Shown: piece after piece, positions 27,232-38,810 of the stretch
How positions within the stretch are numbered: the stretch's first letter is position 1
Layout of the letters: each line of letters starts with the position of its first letter
NCBI GenBank assembly: GCA_043228905.1
Contig: JBHGNT010000017.1
Coordinates: forward strand, 14,384,001-14,448,000
DNA length: 64,000 bases
DNA from: Azolla caroliniana
Taxonomy: Eukaryota; Plantae; Polypodiophyta
Reading direction: 5' to 3'
Position numbers and translations under genes: made by a program
The notes under the pieces: generated by a model
Database searches by the model: none
Told to the model about the DNA's origin: nothing
What the model saw: the letters and a program-made list of their open reading frames with translations, nothing else

Positions 27232-29066
27232 ACACTAGAAATGGAAAGAGAGTTTATATTATAAGAGAGCAATGATTACAAAGAGTAGGCTAAGGGGCTA
27301 CAAACTGGTGTTGAACCGAATGAGTTGTGATGAATGAATAGACACCTATTTATAGGTCCTTATGGAGTATTCTAGAATGTTCTAGAATATTTTAGATATT
27401 TATGATATTTAATATAATCATGGAATATCCTAGAATGTTCTAGAATACTCTAGATTGTTCTGGAATACTCTAGAATGTTCTAGAATACTCTAAATGTCTT
27501 GTAATAACTAATAATACATTTATTATAACTATACATCATATATGTTAGTATAATGGTTAAAGGTCTAACATATAGACCAAGACGTCTTGGGCTTGAATCC
27601 TTGTAAGGCCAAAATGTATGTCGTCATGACATTATCCCCCCTTTTCGACGACGAGTTCCACGAGTCGGAAGACAAGATTTCGGACTTGGCTTATGAGGAT
27701 ATTTGTTGTGAAATGCAGCAACCATTTTGGAGGCATAGCAAGATTCTCAAGAGCTTCCCATGTTTGATCATTAGGTGTATAACCTAACCAGTCAACCAAA
27801 TAATACAGTTTGTTGCGAAAGATCTTGGAGTCGAGAATGGCAGCAACTTCATATTTGGAGCCATCCGAAACTTCGATTGGAGGTGGTGGAGATGTAAGAC
27901 AGCCTGGAATAGAGTTGGTTGTGTACGGCTCCAAAAGTGAAACATGGAAGACCGGGTGAAGATGCATATGAGGGGGAAGATCAAGGCAAAATGCCACATC
28001 ATTGATCTTACCAGATATCACATATGGGCCAAAACGTTGATAATCCAATTTGCAGCAAGGTTAGGTTGTTTTAATGCGACCTTGTAAAAGCCATACTCGA
28101 TCCCCCACTTGAAACGTAGTCGATGAATCACGTCGATGATGATCGGCAACCTTCTTTTGAGTGTTTTGAGCATCACATAAATGATGCAAAAGGATATCTT
28201 GAACTTCTTGGAGTCGGGTGAGCCGATCTTCAGCATCCGGGTTTGTCGGGAGTTCGGGATGTTCAAGCATAGTCCAATGAGGATGGTACCCAATGTTTGC
28301 AAAAAATGGGGAATATCCAGTAGAAGAATGTTCTGAGTTGTTGTAAGCAAATTCCGCCAAATGTAATAGATCAACCCAATCATCTTGTTGATAGTTGACA
28401 AAACAACGAAGATATTGTTCTACTATTTGGTTGGTGCGCTCACTCTGTCCGTTTGTTTCTGGATGGTAGCCGGAAGAGAGTTTGCAAGAAGTATGTAAGA
28501 GTTTGAACATGTGCCGCCAAAATTTTGAGATGAACTGGGGACCCCGATCACTGATAAAATCATCAGGAAGACCATGATGCCGAAACACCTCTCGCATGAG
28601 TAACTCGGCTGTCTCTTGGCTCGTAATGGCCTTTGTGCAGGGAAGAGAGAGAGAGAGAAAGAAAGAACACTAGAAATTGAAAGAGAGTTTATATTATAAG
28701 AGAGCAATGATTACAAAGAGTAGGCTAAGGGGCTACAAACTGGTGTTGAACCGAATGAGTTGTGATGAATGAATAGACACCTATTTATAGGTCCTTATGG
28801 AGTATTCTAGAATGTTCTAGAATATTTTAGATATTTATGATATTTAATATAATCATGGAATATCCTAGAATGTTCTAGAATACTCTAGATTGTTCTGGAA
28901 TACTCTAGAATGTTCTAGAATACTCTAAATGTCTTGTAATAACTAATAATACATTTATTATAACTATACATCATATATGTTAGTATAATGGTTAAAGGTC
29001 TAACATATAGACCAAGACGTCTTGGGCTCGAATCCTTGTAAGGCCAAAATGTATGTCGTCATGACA
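27136..29066 (-). mobile_element. Internally deleted chromovirus T (Tcn1-like), TSD CTCGG
   Basis: CTCGG at 27131-27135 and 29067-29071. 3' LTR 27136-27631, PPT at ~27632-27646, integrase (SDRGPQF, TNGQSER) and chromodomain (YEVAAILDS..YLVDWLGY..TWE). Truncated 5' LTR ~28643-29066; LTRs contain TTCTAGAA repeats. Confidence 0.93.
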
Positions 29067-32000
29067 CTCGGAGAAGGCCTTAGTGAGGACCGGACGATTC
29101 CGGTATGTTCAAAAGAGATGTACGAAGTCATCGTCGACTTCGGTAATGGACTCGAGTCGAATTGGACGGCCCGAGTGGATACGAAGTACAAGACTGTGGA
29201 CCGGAAGGTGAGGCCAGTCGCGGCACTCTTGCCGGAGGGCAGCGAGTTATGGATAAAAGGGGTCGCGTCGCACCCAAGTTTACAAGATCCGGCCAGCATA
29301 GGACACACGTTCACCGACATAACGCTACGGGAGCTCAAGATCGGTGGGGGTGGCTTCCTACTGCCGGTGGAAGAAGACCGGTTTCGGAGAATGCTCAGAA
29401 GGCACGGGAAGGCCTTCGCATTCTGGCCGGAGGAGATCGGGTGCGTAGACCCGACGATCGTCGAGCCAATGGTGATCTTCACAGTACCGCATGTGCCGTG
29501 GAATCTCAAACCGATTCTGGTGCCCAGAGCTCACATGCTGATGTTGATGGAGACCTACTGAAGCAGAAGGTGGATATGGGCATCCTCGAACCGTCGAGTG
29601 CCCCATACTCGAATCGGTGGTTCACGGTGCCAAAGAAGAATGGCACATTGCGCTTCAAACAGGACCTGCAACCCGTCAACAAGGTGACCATCCGTAACGT
29701 AGGAATCGGGCCGACCATAGACAAGTTCACGAAGGCCTTCGCCGGAAGGTCGATCTATTCAGTCAGTGACTTATACTCGGGGTATGACTAGTTCCAACTA
29801 GCCATAGAAAGCAGGGACATCACAACAATGCGGACTCCTCTCGGCTTGGTGCGGATGTGTACCCTACCGCAAGGAGGAACAAATTCGGTGGCGCACATGG
29901 TGAACACAATGAACAAGGTGCTGAGGGACTGCATCCCGGACATCACTATGCCATTCCTAGACGACGTACCGATAAAAGGGTGTCCGACGGAGGATGCAGA
30001 CAAAACGGTCGGGCTGGACGGATGTCGGAGGTTCGTCGTGAACCACATCAACGATTGCGATAAGGTGCTGTAGAGGCTTGAGAACGCGCGGCTCACCTTC
30101 TCCAGAGAGAAATCAGCGTTCGGGCAGACGGAGATGCTGGTAGTCGGACACCTGTGCGGGCCCTATGGCCGGAAACCGTACCTGGCGAAGGTAGAAGCCA
30201 TCTCCGCGATGAAGGATGATTGCAGGTCGGTTACGGAGGTCCGAAGGATCCTGGAGGCGTGTGCCTTCTATCACATCTGGATTCCACACTACGCGCATGT
30301 CGCTGAACTGCTCTACGGGTTATTGAAAAAAGGGCGCCGGTTCGAATGGAGGACGGAGCACACAGAGTCGGTTCGGAGACTGAAGGAGGCGCTCGCCACG
30401 GCACTGGTTCTCCGGAAAGTGGTTTACGGCAAGGAAGTCCCGATTTACGTGACCGTGGACACAATTCCAGTTGGGATCGAATGGGTGATCAACCAAGAGG
30501 ATGACGATGGCGCGAGGTTCCCTATCCGGTTCGGTGCGAAGGTACTAAGTGAACGACAGCGAGGATACGCCCAAGTCAAGCGCAAACTGTGGGGTATCGT
30601 TTCGGCGGTTAAGGTCGACAAAGACTACTTAATCGGGGCGGAAGTAATTATAGAAACAGACTACCTGCCGCTTCTCGGTATGGTCTCTGGATGCGCAACT
30701 CCCGACTTGGCCATGCTCAGGTGGATTGCGTACATCAAATCTCTGAACCCGGAGATACGACACATCTCAGGTAAAGACAACACCATGGCCGACATGCTTT
30801 CTAGAGCAAGATTCGAGGACGAGGACGGCATGGTATCGGAGAATGAAGAAGTTGGCGCAGACTTCTTCAAAACAGGCAAGGATGAGGATTAAAGAGCAAA
30901 GCACCCTGCCCGTGAATGAGTTCGACGAAGACGGCTACAACGAGGAGTGGCTCCTAATCGGGAGATTTCTGGAGACAATGACGACGGACGCCACGATGAC
31001 TAAGGAGGAGGCCGGACAGCTCAGGAAGAGGGCATACCGATATTTCCTACGGAACGGGAAAATCTAGAGGGTCCCAAAAAGGCAAAATGACGCGCCGCCC
31101 CGGGTAATAACGCAGGCGGATGACCAACAGAAGCTAATGTCAAAGTTCCACGAGAGCCCTTGGTCTGGACACCGGGGTACGTGGGCTACATTCGAGAAGT
31201 TAAAGGAAAAATATTGGTGGCTAGGCATGTACAAGAGCGTGCACGACTTCGTGTCTACGTGCGAAAGTTGCCAGATGCACTCGGTGGTTCGGCACCGCGA
31301 CGAACTACACCCGACTTATTCCCCGACCGTGCACTTCAAGTGGATGGTGGACTTAGTGACGATGTCGATGGGCGAAGGGCAGAAGCGATACCTAGTGCTG
31401 GCTAGAGAGGACCTAACCAACCAAGTAGAGGGATGAGCACTAACGAACAAGACCACCGCGTCAGTATGTAAGTTTCTGATCGAGGATGTCATATGCCGAT
31501 ACGGGTGCGTGGGAAAAATTGTGGCTAACCGAGGAGAGCTAGACGCGGAAGAGGCTGAGGAACTGTTTGATCGGTTAGGTGTGAAATTGTCCCTCACAAC
31601 GGCGTACAACCCGGAGGCAAACAGAAAGATTGAATGGGGCCACGGTCCGATCGTAAAAGCCATTGTACGTGCGTGCGGAGGTTGAGTCGGCAACTGGCCG
31701 AGGACGGACGCTCCCATACGCGTTATGGGTGGACAGAACCACCCACAGTTCGGTGACAGGGTACATGCCGGCGGAACTAATGTACGGACAGAAACCCATC
31801 ATGCTCGTTGAGAGAACGATCGCCTCGTGGACGGCAATCGATTGGTCTAACGAAATGAGCAGAGAAGAGTTGCTAGCGGCACGAATCTGACAACTCGAGC
31901 GAAGACCGGAAGACGTGGAACGAGCCACGGCAAGGGTGAAAGAGGCAGGGATCCAAAACAAAGCCCGGTTCGACCGAACACACCGACTCCGGCCAAGGAA

Positions 32001-32339
32001 GATCGAGGAAGGTGATTGGGCGTTAGTCTACGACAGCAGTCTCGACAACCAGCATAGGTCTACACGTAAGTTTGTGAAGCATTGGTTCGGACCGTACATG
32101 GTAACTAGCGTCAACGACAACACGACATATCATCTCGCGGAGCTCGACGAGACGCGAGTAGCGACTCCGGTGGCTGGAAAGCGGATAAAAACCTTCAAGA
32201 GACAAAATGAAGCAGAACCTAACCCGGGAGCCGAAAGCGCTAGTTCAGGAGAGGATGACGAGTAACCGATGGCCCGGAATCCCTCACTAAATTCGCAATC
32301 CGGCACATACCGGAGGATGTGCGGTTTAGTGGGGGTGGA

Positions 32340-33063
32340 TGTCATGAAGATTCCGGGCCATCAGCGGAAACAAGAGGAAACGTGCAAGAACACCGGTATA
32401 CGCGAGTGCACGCCTCAAGGGGAATTAAATAGGGCAAGTACTAGGCATGAGTATAAGGAGAGGTACTAGGTAGTTAGAGCATAGACATCGCATAAGTAGG
32501 GAGAGTTACGAGGAGAGTAAATCAGGGGAGAGAATCTAGGACAAAGGTGACGGGTCATGAATGCTTGTAACGGTCGCTCCTTGTGCTATAAAAGGGGTGA
32601 CCTTTAATTGTCTTGGGGATGCCATCTAGAGAAAAGGATACATAGAGAACAACCGACGACTAACCGCGGAAGAAGGCACTTCCCCTACTCCTGTCAGACG
32701 CCCGAGTGCTCCCGACCTGGGGATCGACCTTCTACGCACAGACGTCTCTTTGTACCCGGCTATTTGCCAAGCTCCGTGCTCCATCATCGGCCCTGATCCG
32801 GCTGTAACCACTCACACCACTGTGCACTTGTGTTTTAATAGAACTCTTTCTACTGAACATACTTTGTTCTCGGTGTCTTTGTCTGTGTCTGTGTCTACGC
32901 GTGACTCTCTTGCTCTCTCTCATTCGCTAGACTTACCTGCTCTCCCGTGGTCTCAAGACCTATGTGATCCCCATACTCCTCCCTCCTCGCCTTCCTAATT
33001 CCTTGGTTCGAGACCCCCGTGGTCCTGCTCGACTTCTACGCATCCGTGAGGATAACCTCGACA
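32340..33063 (+). repeat. 3' LTR of Gypsy Y (724 bp)
   Basis: Starts TGTCATG directly after the PPT, has TATAAAAGGGG at ~32588, and ends CTCGACA where the Copia D integrase resumes. Confidence 0.8.
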
Positions 33064-36033
33064 ACGTGTACCAAGTGAATTCATCGATGAAGGTTACGAA
33101 GTAACGGCTTCCACCGAGACTCACATTCTGTGCCGGTCCCCACACATCCGAATGGATTAAGTCAAGTGGATTTCGACTCCGATTACGCTCATTGGGGAAT
33201 GGAAGTCGGTGTTGTTTTCCAATCTGATAGGCTTCGCAGACTTGGCCATTACGGCCCCGAAATTTCGGCAATTCGAAAACTATGTTCTTCCTCTACATTT
33301 CACGAAGTTGCGGGAAGTTAACATGACCGAACCACTTATGCCACAGGTCAATGTCCAACTCAACCTTCTGTCCTGTCGCAAACAGCGCAGTTCCAGCTTG
33401 GTTGGTGTTGAGGATAAACATCCTCCCTTCATGGCGCCCTTGCGCGATTATCTTGCCTTCCTCTTCTATGAAGCAACCGAGATGCGTGAATCGAACTTGC
33501 ATCCCTTGATCGATGATCTGTCCAACCGACACTAGATTCTTCGTTATTGTCAGGACTTGTAGCACGTTCATGAGTTTCCCTTTCTGCCCGACGTTGTCGT
33601 AGTGTATTTCGTACACTATGTGAAAATAATATAAAATAACCGATTGAATAAATATGAAGAAAAAAGAAGCAAATATCAAAATAAGCATTACACACATAGG
33701 GCAAGATTTGAACCTTGCACCTCCAAGTTAATAATGTAATGTCTTACCATTGCACTAGCATTTCATTAGTGTTAAAAAGTAGATGTTCCACATAGAAAGG
33801 TTAGTTCACCTAGGATAAACTTTAGTTAAAAGAAAACACATGCTAAAAGAAAAAGCTATGCATGCACATCTAGCGTGCATGAACGCTATAGTTGATAAAA
33901 AACGCACACGTTAGAAAAAGCATGATCACTTTAGATAAAGCATATAGTCTATCTATAGGAAAAGCATGGAGTCTATAGTTAGAGAAGAAAAATCATGGAT
34001 TGCGAAACTCCCTCATCACTACATAAGGATGGGGAGCACAATGTAATGGGGGGGGGGTGAAATACTTGGAAATTGGATATATTTCCGAAAACACCAACCA
34101 ATTAATATAATCGTGGGATTCACAAAAATAATATAATCTATACTTGTGGGATTCACAAGTTTCTTATATCTTTCTTTCAATCTAAATACATATTCTTATC
34201 TAAATACTGATTAATAAAATATATTATACTTGTGGGATTCGCAAGTTTATAATAATCTATTCATAATTAAAATCGTCTCAAATTCTTCCTCTTCCTAGTC
34301 CAAAACCCTAGCGGTTCCCACCCGACTCACGCAAACGATCTGGCGCCGAAAGGCACGACAACGTGGCTGAGAGGAACTTCACCGACATGTTTGATGGTAT
34401 GCGGAGTGTTGTTTCCCGTTTCGACCACCCCTTGCTTTTCCGGTTTCTCCAAGTATGAGAACCATTCCTTGTGACTCGTCATATGATTTGATGCTCCCGA
34501 ATCAACATACCACATCTCGCTCGATTTCAAGGTGTTCACGGTCATCGAATTAGCCTTGTGCTTCATTACGAAGGCAGGGCCCGATCTATTTCTACCTCGT
34601 TCGGAGCCTTCCACGTAGTGCGACCTTTGATGCCTCTCTGCGTCTCTTCCGCTCGATCTGGCTTTGCCCGAATCAGCTCTCTTTTTCCAACACTCGCTCT
34701 CTCTGTGGCCTTTCTTGCGACAATACCAACATTCCGTTGCGGCCTTCTCTGGCAGGCTTCCAGCGCCACCATGACTCCCCCTACTTCCGGAGGGTTCATA
34801 ATTGCTATTGGCATATCGATTATGCCGCACGTTCTACTCTTTTCGGCCACCTCCATTGCGCACTGATCCGCCTCGTCCACCACAACATCGGGGCCTAACT
34901 TCCTCCGTGTACAACATCTTGTCAACGACGTGCGTACTCGTCGACGCACCCGCGTGATTTTCCTCTACGAGCAACATTGACTGCAGCTCGAAGAACGAAG
35001 GCGTATTCTCCCTCGTACAAACCGCCGTTTGTAAAGCTCCGAACTTGGATGCAAACCCACTAAAACAAACCTGCACCATTTCATCTTCCTCGACGTTTAC
35101 ATTGACGGAGGCGAGTGAGTCGCAGATTTCCTTGATCTTGGAGGTGTAATCAACCACTGACATATCTTGTTGTTGAACATTGCTCAACTCTTCCCTGAGT
35201 TGAAGCTTCCTTGTTGTTGTGCTAGCGGCGAAAATCTTCTTGAGATTCGCCCACGTGTCCTTTGGCGTCTTAGCATCCTGAATGTAGCTCAATAGTTGGT
35301 TGCTCACACAGGACGCAAAGCAGTAGAGAACTTTGCTTGCCGCTTGTTCCCAAGCTAGAAAGTCTTTGTGTGTCGAATTGGGTGTTGCATCATTAGCTCC
35401 TTCGACATAACTCCAGTAACCATGGCCAAGCAGGTACTGGTGCATCTTGTACGACCAAGATACATAGTTGTTCCTGTCAACCTTCTCAATCAACAGCGAG
35501 CTTCCCATTCCTCCATCCATGTCTCTGTCTTATCTTTTCCGAAAAACGAGAAGAACAAACTCAGCTTTGTCTTTGTCGCAAGCTTTCCTGTCGGCTGTAG
35601 AGGACTTTAACCCTCATGCTCTAATACCATGTAAAAGAATAGCGTGTGCGGAAGCGTATGGGCAAGACACAAAGTACAATTCAGAAGTAAGACAATTTGG
35701 TAAAACGCAAAAAACGCAGAGATGGAGATGGAGAGACAGAGACAAAGAGTGCAAACAACACAGTTCGATGACACAAAAAAATAATAACACTTTGTACATC
35801 CACCGTGCTCAGTGAGCACCTTTTATACAAGCCTTGACAATCGGGCTGACACAAGTACTAACAGTACTTGACCGCTCATAAATGAGCCTATTACACTAAC
35901 CCCTAAAATTATTCCTTACGAAGAATAACACTCTAACGGCCTTTGGGTGATTTACGTACTGATTTACGTACCTAGTCTTCGTACAGGGTTACGCACCATA
36001 TTACGCACCCAATGTTGAGCTTGCCACTCAACA
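33064..36033 (-). mobile_element. Ty1/Copia element D, 5' half (LTR, PBS-Met, gag, protease, start of integrase)
   Basis: LTR 36033-35630 (TGTTGAG...TTACA on minus), PBS TGGTATTAGAGC at 35629-35618, gag 35520-34834, CWYC knuckle, WYVDSGASNHM, IHSDVWGP. Cut at 33064 by Gypsy Y. Confidence 0.9.
33595..34360 (+). mobile_element. Solo-LTR-like element S2 (766 bp), TGTCGT...ACGACA, TSD ACGT
   Basis: ACGT at 33591-33594 and 34361-34364. Removing it restores the Copia D frame (VPLSHV|GQKGKL). Homologous to S1. Confidence 0.92.
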
Positions 36034-37478
36034 CAAAGGCACCATGCAACCAAGGCGTCAGGCGGACAACAGAGGCCAAGCGGGCCGAAACAGGCGAGGG
36101 TGATCTTCCGGTAAGTTGCCAGGGACACCCGAACTAGGAGCGGTGTGTCAAGCTTAAGGACACACCCGGAGCGGATTGAGGAGACGTGCGTATGGCCATT
36201 GGGGGCCAAGGTAAGGGCACGGGTACGGGTCAATGTTCGGCGCAGGTGGTGCCGAACAAGGAAGGATCAAGACGGCACACGGAGGTGCCAGAACGGAAAC
36301 CGGGCGCGAGATAGACTGCACGAGTCGATGACTGGAGACAACATCAAAGGCTAGAGAAGGATCCTCCACATCCGCTTCGGAGATCTCGAGGGCTCAGTCG
36401 GAGTGGCAACGACTGGCATGGCAAGGCAAGCCCAAGATAACGAGCTAGTGGGGGTGAGGGGATGACGGCAAGAGGATGGCACCGAACTAATTGCGGCAAT
36501 GCGGAACGAAAGGGGCCAAGCGGGCTATTACGGGGTGATCCTCGGATGCGGAGGACACCGGGAATACGGGTTAAGCAAGGGAGCACAATCTAGTCAAGTA
36601 GGGGCTGAGTAGCGTGCACTAGAGGTTCGGGAAGGAGTTCGGCGTGCGACAAGCGGACGGGTTGTGACCGACGGTTAAGAGGGGAGTCCAGAAACCGGAT
36701 CCGGCTAACCGGGTGGAGTCGGTGGACTGGTGCACACTAGCAAGTACAACAGATCAGATGAAGCCGATGGAGACTTAGAGCTAGGAGTCGGACCTGACCA
36801 GGGAAAGAGCTTCTTGCGGAGGGAAGAGTAGGGTGAAGCACAGAGCGTGCATACGGTCAAGTGGAGGGCCAACAAAGGGAGGGCCCGTTGTAAAGGGGTT
36901 CCTCGTTGGAGGTTTTAGAGGTTCCCATTCGTGGGTTCCAAATAATTTTGTTCTCCTTTCTCTTATTTGAGGTTCCATAATAAACCTTTGTTTCTGAAGT
37001 CGATTTCTGCCTCTATCTTCGTTTTGTTGGTCTGTCTCTATTAGGGTTTCGTGTGTGTGCGTGCGTAGGCGGGTGTGTTCAGTTGTGGCAAGCAACATGC
37101 GAACTACCTTCGCCTTTCTTGGGTTTTTGTCTGTTGGTTCTCAGCACTCCGTGTTCTGGTGTATGCACGAGCACGGTTAGTCGGGCTGTGACCCGCGCTT
37201 TTGGTAAGGCCCTTGTACATATGGGAAGAAGGGTTGCACGGATGAGAGCGCGCTCCCTCTCTTCCCATGTGATTCCGGGTCATGTCTAGAGAGCATCCGA
37301 AACCGTCCGGATCGATCCTCCCCAGAGACCATCCGGGACCGAACCGACCGGCAGTGCGGCAAGCTCCGGAGCATTCGGGTTTCTGGGAACTCCTCCCCTC
37401 CTGGTCCATGACCCCAGCAGTCCCGCCCGGATCCGACATGCAAGCACGGGATACCGCGACAACGCGCCATTAGCTACA
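36034..37478. mobile_element. GC-rich non-coding LTR-like segment of an unidentified element
   Basis: Non-coding and GC-rich, with TGTAAAGGGG at ~36889, a U5-like pyrimidine region, and an end at GCTACA. No partner copy in the window. Confidence 0.45.
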
Positions 37479-37619
37479 CCGTCCGTCCGCGCCCGTGATT
37501 CCCTCACTTGCCCTCTTTAATTTTTGGTAATAGTTAGACACGAGCATAAATATCTGTATTTATTGATTGACCCCTGAAACACTGCCCCATGACGGCAATA
37601 AAATACTCTACATCGTCTT

Positions 37620-37651
37620 CTTTCTTCTTTCTTCTTCTTCTTCTTCTTCTT

Positions 37652-37682
<31 letters not shown>

Positions 37683-37683
37683 A
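37620..37683 (+). repeat. Compound microsatellite (TTC)n(TCA)n(GCA)n, likely in the 5' UTR exon of the RING-CH gene
   Basis: Direct sequence; a donor-like CAG|GTACC follows at ~37735. Confidence 0.8.
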
Positions 37684-38601
37684 TTCAATCATCCCTTCGT
37701 CTGCAGCATCCAACAGATTTCTCCCCCCCCTACAGGTACCTCTCTATTCACCAATGTATTTCTCTCCACCATAACCAAACCAATCCCCCATTGATATTAT
37801 GCACTTGATTTCGTAGCCTTTTCATTTTTGCTTTTTTTCTTTCCCCCTCCCTCTTTATTTTCATCGTGATCTGACTGTGTTTTTTTTTTTTGCTATGAAT
37901 GGAGCCTGCATTTCCTGATGAATGCTTCTTATTTAATAGTGAAACCTATTGTTAGAGCCACGAATTTTCATCTTTTGTACCCATTGTAATGGTTCCTTTC
38001 CATCTTTCCTATGTCAGGCACAATTAAGCAATAAGAAATTTCACACTTTTATATCTTTGGATCGCATGTGATTAGATGGTTTGCATTAATAAACTTTAGA
38101 TAACATTCAAGATATTGTTGGAAGAGACATCTGGTTCGGATCTATCTGTATTTTTTGGAGAATTTGGCATATACTAGCAAAAAATTCTGCTTGGGATCAT
38201 CTTGCCTTAGTTTGGTCAGGAGCTTCAATCTTGATGTAAATATTTTTTTTATATTCTATTTTAGGCATCAAAAGAAAAAGATGTCACGATTAAAAATCTT
38301 GGATCAATTGATAATATTCTTAAGTCATGCACTTCTATTATTTACATAAAGGTTTTGAACCAAAAGCGATATCGTTTTTATTTTAGGCATCATTGCACTG
38401 AAATCTTTGGATCAAGATATAACATGCAAGCCATATAATTATATGATTGCAAAAGTTCTGTACTGAAACCAGTGACGTTTCCACCTTTTCAAGCATATAA
38501 GGAAATCGATTACGAATTGGAAATCTTTGGATCAAGAGCTTTGAGAGCTCGTAAACCTGTTGATCTTCCTTCTTCACGATCCAGCTTTCCTCCACGTAAA
38601 T

Positions 38602-38810
38602 TGTATAAGGTGCAGTTCTTGTAAAATATGTACTTTATGATGCTAAAGTTCCATGATCTTGAAGTAATGTGGTGTCATAGATCTATAATTTAATATATAA
38701 TGTAGTGTGTATAAGGTGTAGTTCTTGTAAAATATGTAATTTATGATGATGGAGTTCCATTATCTAGAAGTAATGTGGTTTCATAGATCTATAACTTGAT
38801 ATATAATACA
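38602..38810 (+). repeat. Diverged 106-bp tandem duplication
   Basis: TGTATAAGGTG..GTTCTTGTAAAATATG at 38602 and 38708. Confidence 0.85.

Larger units (their letters stand above)
25691..33063 (+). mobile_element. Atypical Gypsy Y (fungal Ylt1-like by motif), 5' end deleted, split by chromovirus T
   Basis: Protease ALIDHGSEIN, RT (DLYSGYD, LPQGGTNS, PFLDD), RNase H, integrase (H..SGH..C..C; FGPY). PPT AGTGGGGGTGGA; 3' LTR 32340-33063 followed by ACGT. The lineage name is an inference. Confidence 0.88.

Noticed and set aside
33693-33764. Functional tRNA gene
   Set aside because: The acceptor and anticodon stems do not pair; only the A/B boxes and spacing remain.
24163-36033. Copia C and Copia D as two halves of one element
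   Set aside because: Same strand and complementary domains, but their LTRs differ after TGTTGAG (GTAAAGG vs TGGCAAG).
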